Below the pieces are notes generated by a model. It had not been told where the DNA came from and searched no databases. It saw only the letters and a list, made by a program, of their open reading frames with translations. From the NCBI GenBank assembly GCA_019120415.1, contig DWVF01000060.1, positions 18,978-82,977 of the forward strand: DNA of 64,000 bases. Reading direction: 5' to 3'. Shown piece by piece: positions 1 to 9,662 of the stretch (positions are counted from its first letter, which is position 1; each line of letters opens with the position of its first letter). Both the position numbers and the translations under genes were made by a program. This stretch comes from Candidatus Sutterella merdavium. Its GTDB lineage: Bacteria; Pseudomonadota; Gammaproteobacteria; Burkholderiales; Burkholderiaceae_F.

Positions 1-65
1 ACGAGGAGACACCCGAGAATGGATGTGGCGGTAAGAAAGAGAAACTGCAGCAAAGAAGCTAACAT
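1..65 (-). CDS. 5' end of a membrane protein, possibly YggT family (runs off window)
   Basis: ATG at 65 on the minus strand reads MLASLLQFLFLTATSILGCLL, a hydrophobic start resembling YggT; only 21 codons visible. Confidence 0.35.
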   Translation of the reverse strand, partial: MLASLLQFLFLTATSILGCLL

Positions 66-150
66 CGGTTTTCGGGCAGAAGACTCCCGTTGAGAAAAAC
101 AATTCCCTCAATATATCAAGGCTTCTCCCCTTTGTGCGGGGTCCAAAACC

Positions 151-696
151 TCATTTCGCGCCCGTCTGGGGGCGAAGATCGAAGCGAAGTCGGGGGAGCG
201 CCCGCGCAAGGCGGCGCCAGTCAAAGAAGGGACCGGGATCGCTCTTTCGTCCCGGCGCGACGTGCTCGTGCCCCGTCACCCAGCGGATCGGCAGATGCGC
301 CGAGAGATCCGCGAGCAGGGCCGCGAGCGCTTCGTACTGCGCGTCCTCGAAGGGAAGCTCTCCCGTTCCCTCGAGTTCGATCCCGACGGAACGGTTGTTG
401 CAGTCGGAGCGGCCGTGAAAGACCGAGACGCCCGCGTGCCAAGCCCGTCGCTCCACGGGCACGAAGGAGAGAATTTCGCCCGTGCGGCGGATGAAAAAGT
501 GCGAGGAAACGCGCAGACCCTTGAGGTCCGCAAAGACCGGCTCGTCCGTATCGAGCGTCCCCGCAAAGAGGCGCTCCACGGCGTCACCTGAAAAGACGCC
601 CGCCGGAAGCGAAATGAAATGAAGCACGACGAGGTCGATCGTCGTGCCTTCGGGTCTTTCGTTGCTGTGGGGCGAGAAGCGCTCGGTGACTCTCAC
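151..696 (-). CDS. ampD: 1,6-anhydro-N-acetylmuramyl-L-alanine amidase AmpD
   Basis: Motifs LVVLHFISLP, RVSSHFFIRR, RAWHAGVS, SVGIELEG, GHEHVAPGRKSDPG; GTG at 696 overlaps the upstream stop (ORF track extends to 720). Confidence 0.93.
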   Translation of the reverse strand: MRVTERFSPHSNERPEGTTIDLVVLHFISLPAGVFSGDAVERLFAGTLDTDEPVFADLKGLRVSSHFFIRRTGEILSFVPVERRAWHAGVSVFHGRSDCNNRSVGIELEGTGELPFEDAQYEALAALLADLSAHLPIRWVTGHEHVAPGRKSDPGPFFDWRRLARALPRLRFDLRPQTGAK

Positions 697-965
697 GAAC
701 GCTCTCCCCGGCGCCGGCACTCTTCACTGCAGTAGCAGACGTCCTTGCGCCAGACGCCCGTTTTTTCCGGGAAGTAGGTCCCGCAGACGGGACAGCGCCG
801 CATCGCCTCGCCCGAACGGCGGTCCTCCTTGCGGGCGCGCAGTTCGCCGCGCAGGCGCGCGAGCTCCTCGCGCTCCTTGTTGGAGAGCGAATTGCGCCGG
901 CGGGAGACCGCCCAGGCGATCGCGATGGCCGCGATCAGAATCACCCAGAAGAGTACGCGTCCCAT
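693..965 (-). CDS. PP0621-family small membrane-anchored Cys-rich protein
   Basis: N-terminal TM, then EAMRRCPVCGTYFP...YCSEEC; usual position between ampD and the ccsA-like gene. Confidence 0.75.
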   Translation of the reverse strand: MGRVLFWVILIAAIAIAWAVSRRRNSLSNKEREELARLRGELRARKEDRRSGEAMRRCPVCGTYFPEKTGVWRKDVCYCSEECRRRGERS

Positions 966-974
966 GGTGCGGCC

Positions 975-1784
975 TCAGGCGGCGAACTCCAGCACGAAGC
1001 TGTAGGCGAGATAGGCGATGACGAGCGCGCCGAAACCCACCCAGAACCAGTTGAGCGCCGTCTTGGCGCGCCAACCGCGGAAGGCGCGGCCGGCGAGCAG
1101 AATCCCGAAGAGCACCCAGGCGATGAGGGTGAGGAGGAACTTGTGGTCGAGATTCACGAAGACGCCGAACACTTCGTTCGTCGCGAAACTCCCCGTCACG
1201 AGGACGAGCGTGAGGCAGACGAAGCCGCAGGCGACGATGCGAAAGAAGATGCGCTCCATCACGACGAGGCCTGGCATCGAGGCGAGGAAGGCGCTTTCCT
1301 TCCCCTGCGGACGCTTCAATTCACGGTTCTGCAGGCTCATCAGCACGGCGTGGACCGTGGCGATCGTCATGAGCGAATAGGCGGCGAGCGCAAGGAGAAT
1401 GTGCACGCGGAACATGAAGGACCACTCGTCCCCGGCGACGGGACGTCCCGGGAAGGCGAGCGGGAAGACCGCGCCGATCGCCGCGGCGATCAGGATGATC
1501 CCGAGCTGCCCGTGCAGACGGTGGATGATCGACTCCACAAAGAGGATCAGCGCGGCGAAGAAGAACATGGCGGAGACGGCGAAGCCGAAGCCGAAGTGAA
1601 TGATATCCCCCTGGAAGACTTCGGCCTCGATCGCAACGCCGTGCAGAACCAGCGCGGCGACGATCGGCCAGCGCAGCCACGAGGGCGCCTTGCCGTCGCG
1701 TCCCTTCATGTACGAGACGACGGCGATGCCGGAGAGGAGATACAACAGCGCGGCAAGGATGGTGCACAAAGAAAGCGTGGTCAT
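975..1784 (-). CDS. CcsA/YpjD-family inner membrane protein (cytochrome c assembly-like)
   Basis: About 8 TM segments, RVHILLALAAYSL, DHKFLL...GRAFRGWRAK; divergent from ffh; start set at MTTLSL. Confidence 0.8.
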   Translation of the reverse strand: MTTLSLCTILAALLYLLSGIAVVSYMKGRDGKAPSWLRWPIVAALVLHGVAIEAEVFQGDIIHFGFGFAVSAMFFFAALILFVESIIHRLHGQLGIILIAAAIGAVFPLAFPGRPVAGDEWSFMFRVHILLALAAYSLMTIATVHAVLMSLQNRELKRPQGKESAFLASMPGLVVMERIFFRIVACGFVCLTLVLVTGSFATNEVFGVFVNLDHKFLLTLIAWVLFGILLAGRAFRGWRAKTALNWFWVGFGALVIAYLAYSFVLEFAA

Positions 1785-2005
1785 GGGTTTTACGTTTGTT
1801 TTTTTGTACGCGAACGGAATACGCAAAAGCGGCGCGCAACCCCTTAAAATATCGGGTTCGTGCGCTCCCTCCGTACGGAGCGCCTCGGGAGACACCGTAC
1901 GTCAACGTTTATTCTATTCTCTCCCGACTTATCAAATGCTGAACTCGGCCGTTCTCTCTCCGACGGCCTTACGCCGGCGACTTTGTCGCCGAGGAATTCC
2001 TAAGA

Positions 2006-3436
2006 ATGCTCGATTCACTGACCCAGCGTCTCTCCAAAGTCGTCAAAACCATGCGCGGTCAAGCGCGTCTGACGGAGGCGAACACCAAAGAAATGCTGCG
2101 CGAGGTCCGCCTTGCGCTCCTTGAAGCCGACGTCGCGCTGCCCGTCGTGCGGGAAATTCTCGCCCGCATCAAAGAGAAGGCCATGGGCGAAGAGGTCGTC
2201 GGAAACCTCAATCCGGGCCAGGCGCTCGTGGGCGTCGTGCAGCGCGAACTCACCGCCGTGATCGGGGGCGACCTCACGCCCGAGGAACGCGGTCTCCGCT
2301 TCAACGTGCAGCCCCCCGCCGTGATCCTTCTCGCGGGTCTGCAGGGCGCGGGTAAGACGACGAGCGCCGGGAAGCTCGCCAAGTACCTGATCGAGGAAAA
2401 GAAAAAGAAGGTCCTCACGGTGAGCGCCGACGTCTACCGTCCGGCCGCCATCGATCAGTTGAAGAGCGTCACCGCGCAGGCCGGGGCCGAATGGTTCCCG
2501 AGCGAAGTGAGCGACAAGCCCCTCGCCATCGCCGAACGCGCCGTCGACTACGCCAAGCGTCACTTCTTCGACGTCCTCATCGTCGACACGGCGGGCCGAC
2601 TCGCCGTAGACGAAGCGATGATGCAAGAGGTGGCCGAGCTCAACGACTTTTTGAAGCCCGCCGAAACGCTTTTCGTCGTCGACGCGATGCTCGGTCAGGA
2701 CGCCGTCAACACGGCCAAGGCCTTCAACGAACGCCTCCCCCTCACGGGCATCATCCTCACGAAGATCGACGGCGACAGCCGCGGCGGCGCGGCGCTTTCC
2801 GTGCGCCACGTCACCGGCAAGCCCATCAAGTTCGTCGGCAGCGGCGAAAAACTCACGGGCTTCGACGCGTTCGACCCCGAAGCCATGGCTTCGCGCATCC
2901 TCGGCATGGGCGACATCGTCGGCCTCGTCAAGGACGTGCAGCGCTCGATCGACACGGCCCAGGCGCAGAAGTTCGCGGAAAAGCTCACGAAGGGCGACCG
3001 CTTCGACTTGAACGACATGAAGGCGCAACTCGTACAGGTGAGCGGCATGGGGAGCTTCTCCTCCATGCTTGAAAAACTCCCGGCGCAGTTCCAGCAGGCC
3101 GCCTCGAAGGTGAACGACGAAGACGCTCACCGCCAGATCCGCCGCACCATCGGCATCATCGACTCGATGACGCCGCAGGAGCGCCGCCGTCCCGAAATCA
3201 TCAAGGCGAGCCGCAAGCAGCGCATCGCGCGCGGTGCGGGCGTGCCCGTGCAGGAGGTGAACCGCCTCCTCAAGCAGTACGAACAGATGTCCGACGTCAT
3301 GAAGCGCATGAAAAAGGGCGGCTTCGGCAAGATGCTCCGCTCCCTTGGAGGCCTCGGCAAGTTCGGCGGCCTCGGAGGCATGGGCGGCATGGGTGGAATG
3401 GGCGGTTTCGGCGGCATGGGCGGATTCGGACGTTGA
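2006..3436 (+). CDS. ffh: Signal recognition particle protein Ffh
   Basis: [29 protein letters not shown] domain. Confidence 0.98.
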   Translation: MLDSLTQRLSKVVKTMRGQARLTEANTKEMLREVRLALLEADVALPVVREILARIKEKAMGEEVVGNLNPGQALVGVVQRELTAVIGGDLTPEERGLRFNVQPPAVILLAGLQGAGKTTSAGKLAKYLIEEKKKKVLTVSADVYRPAAIDQLKSVTAQAGAEWFPSEVSDKPLAIAERAVDYAKRHFFDVLIVDTAGRLAVDEAMMQEVAELNDFLKPAETLFVVDAMLGQDAVNTAKAFNERLPLTGIILTKIDGDSRGGAALSVRHVTGKPIKFVGSGEKLTGFDAFDPEAMASRILGMGDIVGLVKDVQRSIDTAQAQKFAEKLTKGDRFDLNDMKAQLVQVSGMGSFSSMLEKLPAQFQQAASKVNDEDAHRQIRRTIGIIDSMTPQERRRPEIIKASRKQRIARGAGVPVQEVNRLLKQYEQMSDVMKRMKKGGFGKMLRSLGGLGKFGGLGGMGGMGGMGGFGGMGGFGR

Positions 3437-4050
3437 CGACGGAATCTCCCCTTCGCGTCCTCGGCATCGACCCGGGGCTCAACCACACGGGCTGGGCGAT
3501 TCTCGAAGTCCGCTCCGCTCGGGATCCGGCGCTCGTCGCTTCGGGCGTCATCGATCCTCCGAAGGACGCCGCCATCGTCGAGCGCCTCTGCGCCATCACG
3601 ACGGGGCTCTCCGACGTGATCGCCCGGCATGCGCCCGAGCTTGCCGCGATCGAACGCGTGTTCGTGAACGTCAATCCGCAGAGCACCCTTCTGCTCGGAC
3701 AGGCCCGCGGGGCGGCGATCGTCGCCTGCGGGCTTGCGAAACTTGCGCTCGACGAATTCACGCCTTCCGAAATCAAGGAGGCCGTCACGGGCACGGGCCG
3801 CGCCGACAAGCTCATGATCGTCAAGATGATCCGCACGCGGCTTTCGGTCGACCGGGACTTTCGTCCCGACGAAGCCGACGCGGCCGCCGCGGCGCTTTGT
3901 CTCATTCAGCGGCTTCCCCTTCGCGCGCTCGAGCGCTCGGGAGGCTCTTCGCGCTCGTTTGCGACGGCCCGTCGCGGACGCTTCGTGCGGGGCGCCCGGG
4001 CGTCCTGGACGAACTTTGCGCAAACCCGAACGAAAAAGGATTCCAAGTGA
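3433..4050 (+). CDS. ruvC: Holliday junction resolvase RuvC
   Basis: [48 protein letters not shown]; TTG start overlaps the ffh stop. Confidence 0.95.
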   Translation: MTTESPLRVLGIDPGLNHTGWAILEVRSARDPALVASGVIDPPKDAAIVERLCAITTGLSDVIARHAPELAAIERVFVNVNPQSTLLLGQARGAAIVACGLAKLALDEFTPSEIKEAVTGTGRADKLMIVKMIRTRLSVDRDFRPDEADAAAAALCLIQRLPLRALERSGGSSRSFATARRGRFVRGARASWTNFAQTRTKKDSK

Positions 4051-4619
4051 TCGGACGCATTCACGGAAAACTGTTGGAAAAGACGCCGCCCCAGATTCTG
4101 GTGGAGGCGGCCGGACTCGGCTATGAAGTCGACGTGCCGATGTCGACCTTCTGCAACCTTCCCGCCGAAGGAAACGACGTGACGCTCTACACGCACTTCG
4201 TCGTGCGCGAAGACGCCATGCTTCTCTACGGCTTTCTCACCGCGTCCGAGCGGGAGACCTTCCGCGCGCTCCTCAAGGTTTCGGGAATCGGCCCCCGCAT
4301 CGCGCTCGCTCTCCTCTCGGGGATGACGCCCGACGCGCTCGCCAACGCCGTCGAACGCGGCGAAGCGGGGCTTCTCACCCGGGTTCCGGGCGTCGGCAAA
4401 AAGACGGCCGAGCGCATTCTCCTCGAACTCAAGGGCAAGCTCCACGGCTCGATGACGGGTGCGGGCGCCGTCCCCGACGACGGCCGCGCCGACATCGTGA
4501 GCGCCCTCATCGCGCTCGGCTACTCCGACCGCGACGCCGAAGCCGCCGCGAAGCGCCTCCCTGAAGGGACGTCCGTCTCGGACGGCATCCGTCAGGCCCT
4601 CAAAATGCTCGCCCGATAA
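4047..4619 (+). CDS. ruvA: Holliday junction branch migration protein RuvA
   Basis: GTG start (M)IGRIHGKL; [33 protein letters not shown]. Confidence 0.96.
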   Translation: MIGRIHGKLLEKTPPQILVEAAGLGYEVDVPMSTFCNLPAEGNDVTLYTHFVVREDAMLLYGFLTASERETFRALLKVSGIGPRIALALLSGMTPDALANAVERGEAGLLTRVPGVGKKTAERILLELKGKLHGSMTGAGAVPDDGRADIVSALIALGYSDRDAEAAAKRLPEGTSVSDGIRQALKMLAR

Positions 4620-4631
4620 GGAGTGCTTGTC

Positions 4632-5666
4632 ATGGACGAACGCGTCATCGATCCCGCCACGCAGAGCCCCAACGAAGAAAACGTCGACCGCGCCCTGCGC
4701 CCGACGCATCTTTCCGAGTACGTGGGCCAGAAGGCCGTGCGCGAACAGCTCGACATCTTCATCCGTGCGGCGCGCAAGCGCGGCGAACCGCTCGACCATC
4801 TGCTCCTCTTCGGACCGCCCGGGCTCGGAAAGACCACGCTCGCACACATCGTCGCCAACGAAATGGGCGTGCATCTGCGCCAGACCTCGGGACCGGTTCT
4901 CGAGCGCGCGGGCGACCTCGCGGCCATCCTCACGAACCTCGAGCCCAACGACGTGCTCTTCATCGACGAAATTCACCGTCTCTCGCCCGTCGTCGAGGAA
5001 ATTCTCTATCCCGCGCTCGAGGACTATCAGATCGACATCATGATCGGCGAAGGGCCCGCGGCGAGATCGATCAAACTCGATCTTCCGCCCTTCACGCTCA
5101 TCGGCGCCACGACGCGCGCGGGGGCGCTCACGAATCCCCTTCGCGCCCGCTTCGGGATCGTCAACCAGCTGCAGTTTTATACGCCCGAAGAGTTGGCGCT
5201 CATCGTGAAGCGTTCGGCGAAACTTCTCAACATGCCGATCGACGACGAAGGCGCCGCGGAAATCGCGCGCCGAAGCCGCGGCACGCCGCGCGTCGCGAAC
5301 CGCCTTCTTCGTCGCGTGCGCGACTACGCGCAGGTGCGCCACGACGGACGCGTGACGCGGGAAGTGGCGCAGGCCGCCCTCGCGATGCTCGACGTCGACC
5401 CCGTGGGGCTCGACTTCATCGACACGAAGTTCCTGCGCACGATTCTCGAAAAATTCTCGGGCGGTCCCGTCGGGATCGACAATCTCGCGGCCGCCGTGGG
5501 CGAAGACCGCGAAACGCTCGAGGACGTGGTCGAACCCTATCTCATTCAGCAGGGCTTTCTGCAGCGTACGCCCCGCGGCCGCATGGCGACCGCCGTGGCC
5601 TGGCAGCACTTCGGCCTCACGCCCGCGACCGCGAACGAGCCCGTGCTCTCGGACATGCTCTTTTGA
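4632..5666 (+). CDS. ruvB: Holliday junction branch migration helicase RuvB
   Basis: [30 protein letters not shown]; AAGGAG RBS 8 nt before ATG 4632. Confidence 0.98.
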   Translation: MDERVIDPATQSPNEENVDRALRPTHLSEYVGQKAVREQLDIFIRAARKRGEPLDHLLLFGPPGLGKTTLAHIVANEMGVHLRQTSGPVLERAGDLAAILTNLEPNDVLFIDEIHRLSPVVEEILYPALEDYQIDIMIGEGPAARSIKLDLPPFTLIGATTRAGALTNPLRARFGIVNQLQFYTPEELALIVKRSAKLLNMPIDDEGAAEIARRSRGTPRVANRLLRRVRDYAQVRHDGRVTREVAQAALAMLDVDPVGLDFIDTKFLRTILEKFSGGPVGIDNLAAAVGEDRETLEDVVEPYLIQQGFLQRTPRGRMATAVAWQHFGLTPATANEPVLSDMLF

Positions 5667-5669
5667 GCC

Positions 5670-6560
5670 TCAGCGCACCGCCCTCGCGACGCGCAGGGCG
5701 GCGAGCGCCGCCAAGCCCCAGAAAAGGAAGGCGAAGAGAAGCGTCACCGCGTCGCCCGCAAGGAGAAGCTGCGGCGTACCGAAAAGCGACGCGCCCGACG
5801 CCGTGACCACGCTCGCCGCACCGAAGGCGACGCCCACGGGCGCAAAAACCGCGGCGCCCCGCGGCCAGCGCTCGGAGAAGGGTTTCGCACGGAAAAAGAC
5901 GAAACCCGAGAGTCCGAGAAGCGACGCGGCGCCGAAGCCCGGCAAAAGCCCCTTCAAAAGAACGCCGAGCACGTCCTGCCCCGAAGCGTCCGTTCCGAAG
6001 ACGTGCCAGTCGGGCCAGAGAAGGAGCACCCAGGACAAAAAGAGCCAGGCGAGACTGACGACCAGCATCGGTCCGCGCCAGGGGAAGGTGCCGTCCCGAT
6101 TGGAGAGGTGATCCATGCCGTCGACGAGCCCCTTGCCACGCTTTTTCGCGCAGAGGGAGGCCGTAAGAAGCCACGCGGCCGCAATCGAGACGCCGCCCAC
6201 GATCATCGCGACGAGCGTCGTGCGCACGGCGTAGAGGGTCGGCGTGTGGCCCGCGGGCACCGTGTCGGCCGTGGCGGCAAGCGCCGCGCCCGTGAGGTCC
6301 GTCACGGCGAGCGGAAGCGACCCCGCCGCCTCGCGCACGCCCGCCGTGAAGACGCCCTTCAGAATTGCGTCGAGAAGGGTCGTCCCGTTCGCGGGAATGG
6401 CGTCCGCAAGCGCGGGGAGCATGAGAAGCGCGAGCCACGCGGCCCCCGCTGCGGCGCCAGGCACCTGAAAGAAGCGCGCGTCGTGCGTGACGCCCGAGAG
6501 GGAACGAATCCAGAAACAAAGGGCGCCCAGAAGTGCGGCGCCGAAGAAAAACGAAAGCAT
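5670..6560 (-). CDS. Hypothetical multi-TM protein resembling the N-terminal part of DppC/OppC-type peptide ABC permeases
   Basis: Hydrophobic 296 aa ORF with WHVFGTDASGQDVL motif; no EAA loop recognised. Confidence 0.55.
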   Translation of the reverse strand: MLSFFFGAALLGALCFWIRSLSGVTHDARFFQVPGAAAGAAWLALLMLPALADAIPANGTTLLDAILKGVFTAGVREAAGSLPLAVTDLTGAALAATADTVPAGHTPTLYAVRTTLVAMIVGGVSIAAAWLLTASLCAKKRGKGLVDGMDHLSNRDGTFPWRGPMLVVSLAWLFLSWVLLLWPDWHVFGTDASGQDVLGVLLKGLLPGFGAASLLGLSGFVFFRAKPFSERWPRGAAVFAPVGVAFGAASVVTASGASLFGTPQLLLAGDAVTLLFAFLFWGLAALAALRVARAVR

Positions 6561-6676
6561 GCGAAAAAAGATTTGCGAAGTATTGCCGTCGGATTGCGAA
6601 TAGTATCATTCCTCGCCCGAGGCGAAACGGCCTCTCTATACTAGAATCGCTTTTTTGACTTCCTTTCGCGCACACG

Positions 6677-7108
6677 ATGGAATCCACCTTCACCGACCGA
6701 TTTCCGGTCCGCATCTACTGGGAAGATACCGATGCGGGCGGCATCGTTTATCATGCCAACTATTTGAAGTACATGGAGCGCGCCCGTTCGGAGCTTCTCG
6801 CCCGCCTCGAGGTCTCTCAGCAGGACGAACGGCAGCGTCCCGACGGCGTTCTCTTCGTGGTCGTGGCGGTGGACCTCCGCTATCACCGCGCCGCCGTTCT
6901 CGGAGACGACCTCACGGTCGTGACCACCGTCTCCAAGCTTCGGCACGCCTCCCTGGAATTCGAACAGAACATTTTCCGCGGTGACGAACGCATCACGACG
7001 GGTCACGTGCGCGTGGCGTGCGTGAGCGCCGCCACCATGCGTCCGACCGTCATCCCCGACACCATCTACGCCCGCGTCTCCGAACTGCTCTCAACCGATT
7101 CGAACTGA
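6677..7108 (+). CDS. ybgC: Tol-pal-associated acyl-CoA thioesterase YbgC
   Basis: RIYWEDTDAGGIVYHANYLKYMERAR; directly upstream of tolQ. Confidence 0.95.
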   Translation: MESTFTDRFPVRIYWEDTDAGGIVYHANYLKYMERARSELLARLEVSQQDERQRPDGVLFVVVAVDLRYHRAAVLGDDLTVVTTVSKLRHASLEFEQNIFRGDERITTGHVRVACVSAATMRPTVIPDTIYARVSELLSTDSN

Positions 7109-7122
7109 ATTTTTTCACCATC

Positions 7123-7794
7123 ATGAATCCCGTCAGCGCCGATCTCTCCCTGATTACCCTCATCGCCAACGCGAGCCTCGTCGTCAAGTGCGTGCTCGTC
7201 ATCCTGATCACGCTCTCGCTCGTGAGCTGGACGGTGATCTTCCAGAAATACTTCATGATCCGCCGCGCCCAGGAGGCGACGGACAACTTCGAAAACCGCT
7301 TCTGGAGCGGCACGGAACTCACGCATCTCCTCGACGACGTCCGCGGCAAGGGCAGCAAGGCCGGCATGCAGGAGCAGATCTTCGCCGCGGGCATGCAGGA
7401 ATTCATGAAGCAGCACAAGGCCGGCCCGAACGCCGTCAACGGCGTTTCCCGCGCCATGCGCGCCGTCTTCACGCGCGAGCTCGACGGCCTTGAAGCCGGT
7501 CTGCCGCTTCTCGCCTCGATCGGTTCCACGTCGCCCTACATCGGGCTCTTCGGCACGGTCTGGGGGATCATGAACGCCTTCACGGGCCTTTCGAGCCTCG
7601 AGAACGTGAGCCTCGCCGTCGTGGCGCCGGGCATCGCCGAAGCCCTGATCGCCACGGCCATCGGCCTTTTCGCCGCCATTCCCGCGGTCGCCGCCTACAA
7701 CTACTACAACAACCGCGTCAACCGCCTCGTCAACCGCATGGAAAGCTTCCACGAAGAGTTCCTCAACATTCTTGACCGTCAGATCCGAGGCTGA
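7123..7794 (+). CDS. tolQ: TolQ
   Basis: SPYIGLFGTVWGIM, VAPGIAEALIATAIGLFAAIPA. Confidence 0.96.
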   Translation: MNPVSADLSLITLIANASLVVKCVLVILITLSLVSWTVIFQKYFMIRRAQEATDNFENRFWSGTELTHLLDDVRGKGSKAGMQEQIFAAGMQEFMKQHKAGPNAVNGVSRAMRAVFTRELDGLEAGLPLLASIGSTSPYIGLFGTVWGIMNAFTGLSSLENVSLAVVAPGIAEALIATAIGLFAAIPAVAAYNYYNNRVNRLVNRMESFHEEFLNILDRQIRG

Positions 7795-7796
7795 TC

Positions 7797-8228
7797 ATGG
7801 CACTTCGCTCCAACAACCGGCGCCGCGGCCTGATGGCGGAAATCAACGTGGTGCCCTACATCGACGTGATGCTCGTGCTCGTCGTCATCCTGATGGTGGC
7901 GGCCCCCTTCGTGAATCCGAGCCTCATCAATCTGCCGTCGGTCAACAAGGCGAGCAAGGCGCCCGAACAGGTGATCGAAGTGATCGTCTATCCCGACGCG
8001 CGCCTCTCGCTTCGCAGCGGCAAGACGCTCACGCCCGTCGACATGCCCGGGCTCGTGGACGGCGTCAAGGCGCTGCAGGCCGATCATCCGGAAATTCCCG
8101 TCGTCATCGCCGCCGACAAGACGGTGCGCTACGAAGAGGTCGTCAACGTCATGAAGACCCTGCAGTCGGCCGACGTGCAGCGCGTGGGGCTGTCGCTTCG
8201 CATCGAGCGCTCCGCCGACGCACGCTAA
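7797..8228 (+). CDS. tolR: TolR
   Basis: EINVVPYIDVMLVL, VIAADKTVRY. Confidence 0.94.
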   Translation: MALRSNNRRRGLMAEINVVPYIDVMLVLVVILMVAAPFVNPSLINLPSVNKASKAPEQVIEVIVYPDARLSLRSGKTLTPVDMPGLVDGVKALQADHPEIPVVIAADKTVRYEEVVNVMKTLQSADVQRVGLSLRIERSADAR

Positions 8229-8240
8229 GAGAGGTACGGC

Positions 8241-9590
8241 ATGCAAGAGCACCCGCACCTCCCCAAACGGGAACGGCAAAAGGGCTGGCTTCCGGCGATT
8301 CTGCTCTCGGGAGCCGTCCACGGCGTGCTGTTCCTGGGACTCTTCACGGTCTTTCAGTGGCAGACCCGGGCGGAATTCGTCTACGCGGAACTCTGGGCCC
8401 CCGAAGACGTTTCGGGCGGCAACGACCCGACGGGCGTTGCCGAGCGCGTAGAGGCGCCCGAACCGACTCCCGAACCGATCCCGGAAGAACCGCAACCCGA
8501 AGAGCCGCAACCCGAGGAGACGCCTCCCGAAGAGCCCGCGCGCCTTGAAGAAACGCTTGCGCGCCTCGAAGAGGAGCGCAAGGCCGAAGCCGAACGCCTC
8601 GCCGAGGAAGCCCGAAAGGCCGAAGAAGCCAAGCGTCTCGAAGAGGAACGGCTTGCCGAAGAGGCTCGAAAGGCGGAGGAAGCCCGCGCCCAGGAAGAAG
8701 CCCGTCTTGCCGAAGAGGCCCGCAAGGCCGAGGAAGCGGCCCGTGCCGAAGAGGAGCGTCTCGCCCGTGAACGCGCCGAAGCCGAACGCATCGCGCGCGA
8801 AGCCGAGGCCGAGCGCATCGAAATGGAGCGCCGCCGCTTGGAAGCCGAAGAAGCCCGCCTGCGTGAGGAACGTCTCGCTCAGGAACGCCTCGCCGAAGAA
8901 AAGCGCAAGGCCGAAGAAGCGCGTCTTGCCGAAGAGGCTCGGAAAGCCGAAGAGGCCCGCCTTGCCGAAGAGGCGAGAAAGGCCGAGGAAGCCAGACAGG
9001 CTGAAGAAGCCCGCAAGGCTGAAGAAGCCCGCAAGGCCGAAGAAGCCCGAAAGGCCGAGGAGGCCCGAAAGGCCGAGGAGGCCCGAAAGGCCGAAGAAGC
9101 TCGAAAGGCGGAAGAGGCCCGAAAAGCCGAGGAAGCCCGCAAGAAGGCCGAGGCGGCGGAACGGCGCCGCATCGCACGCGAAATCCGCAATCAGGAATTG
9201 GCTCGGCTTTCCGCAAAGGTCGATCCCAACAGCAACCGCTCGGGTACGACGCGCGGGGATCCGCGCAACATCCGACAGTCGCTCACGGGCGCGGCTGCCG
9301 CGCAGTGGCAGTCCCGGGTCATCGCCTGCATCCGACCGCACATTTCGATCGAAGTGTCCCCGAACATGAAGCGGGGGCAATACGTCGCCCAGTACCGCGT
9401 GAAACTTCTTCCGACGGGCGAACAAATGGGCGCGCCCGTCCTTGAACGCGCCTCGGGATGGAAGGCCTACGATCAGGCCGTGGAACGCGCGATCCGACGC
9501 TGCAACCCCTTCCCGAAGCCCGACGGTCGGCACGAGATGCCGCGGGAAGTGGAACTCTCCTTCGACCCGGTCGACGACCGTCAGAAGTGA
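8241..9590 (+). CDS. tolA: TolA
   Basis: TM with SGAVH motif, Pro/Glu linker, long E/A/R/K helical region, C-terminal SGWKAYDQAVERAI domain. Confidence 0.92.
   Translation: MQEHPHLPKRERQKGWLPAILLSGAVHGVLFLGLFTVFQWQTRAEFVYAELWAPEDVSGGNDPTGVAERVEAPEPTPEPIPEEPQPEEPQPEETPPEEPARLEETLARLEEERKAEAERLAEEARKAEEAKRLEEERLAEEARKAEEARAQEEARLAEEARKAEEAARAEEERLARERAEAERIAREAEAERIEMERRRLEAEEARLREERLAQERLAEEKRKAEEARLAEEARKAEEARLAEEARKAEEARQAEEARKAEEARKAEEARKAEEARKAEEARKAEEARKAEEARKAEEARKKAEAAERRRIAREIRNQELARLSAKVDPNSNRSGTTRGDPRNIRQSLTGAAAAQWQSRVIACIRPHISIEVSPNMKRGQYVAQYRVKLLPTGEQMGAPVLERASGWKAYDQAVERAIRRCNPFPKPDGRHEMPREVELSFDPVDDRQK
8895..9146 (+). repeat. In-frame 18-bp tandem repeat (about 14 units, EEARKA/EEARLA) within tolA
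   Basis: Units such as GAAGAAGCCCGCAAGGCC read consecutively; 7 consecutive EEARKA at 9003-9128. Confidence 0.92.
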
Positions 9591-9608
9591 GAACGTCGCA
9601 CCGGTCAA

Positions 9609-9640
9609 GAAAAAAGCTCGGTTTTCAGCCGAGCTTTTTT
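9609..9640. terminator. Bidirectional intrinsic terminator between tolA and proS
   Basis: AAAAAAGCTCGG-TTTTCAG-CCGAGCTTTTTT. Confidence 0.88.
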
Positions 9641-9662
9641 CATTTCAGATTGCGCCGGACAA

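Noticed and set aside
3345-4046. Apparent long RuvA fusion (424 aa)
   Set aside because: The upstream part overlaps ffh and ruvC in another frame; RuvA begins at GTG 4047 after AAGGA
8895-9146. Tandem repeats as a possible CRISPR array
   Set aside because: No spacers, variation mostly at synonymous positions, in frame within tolA, and no cas genes
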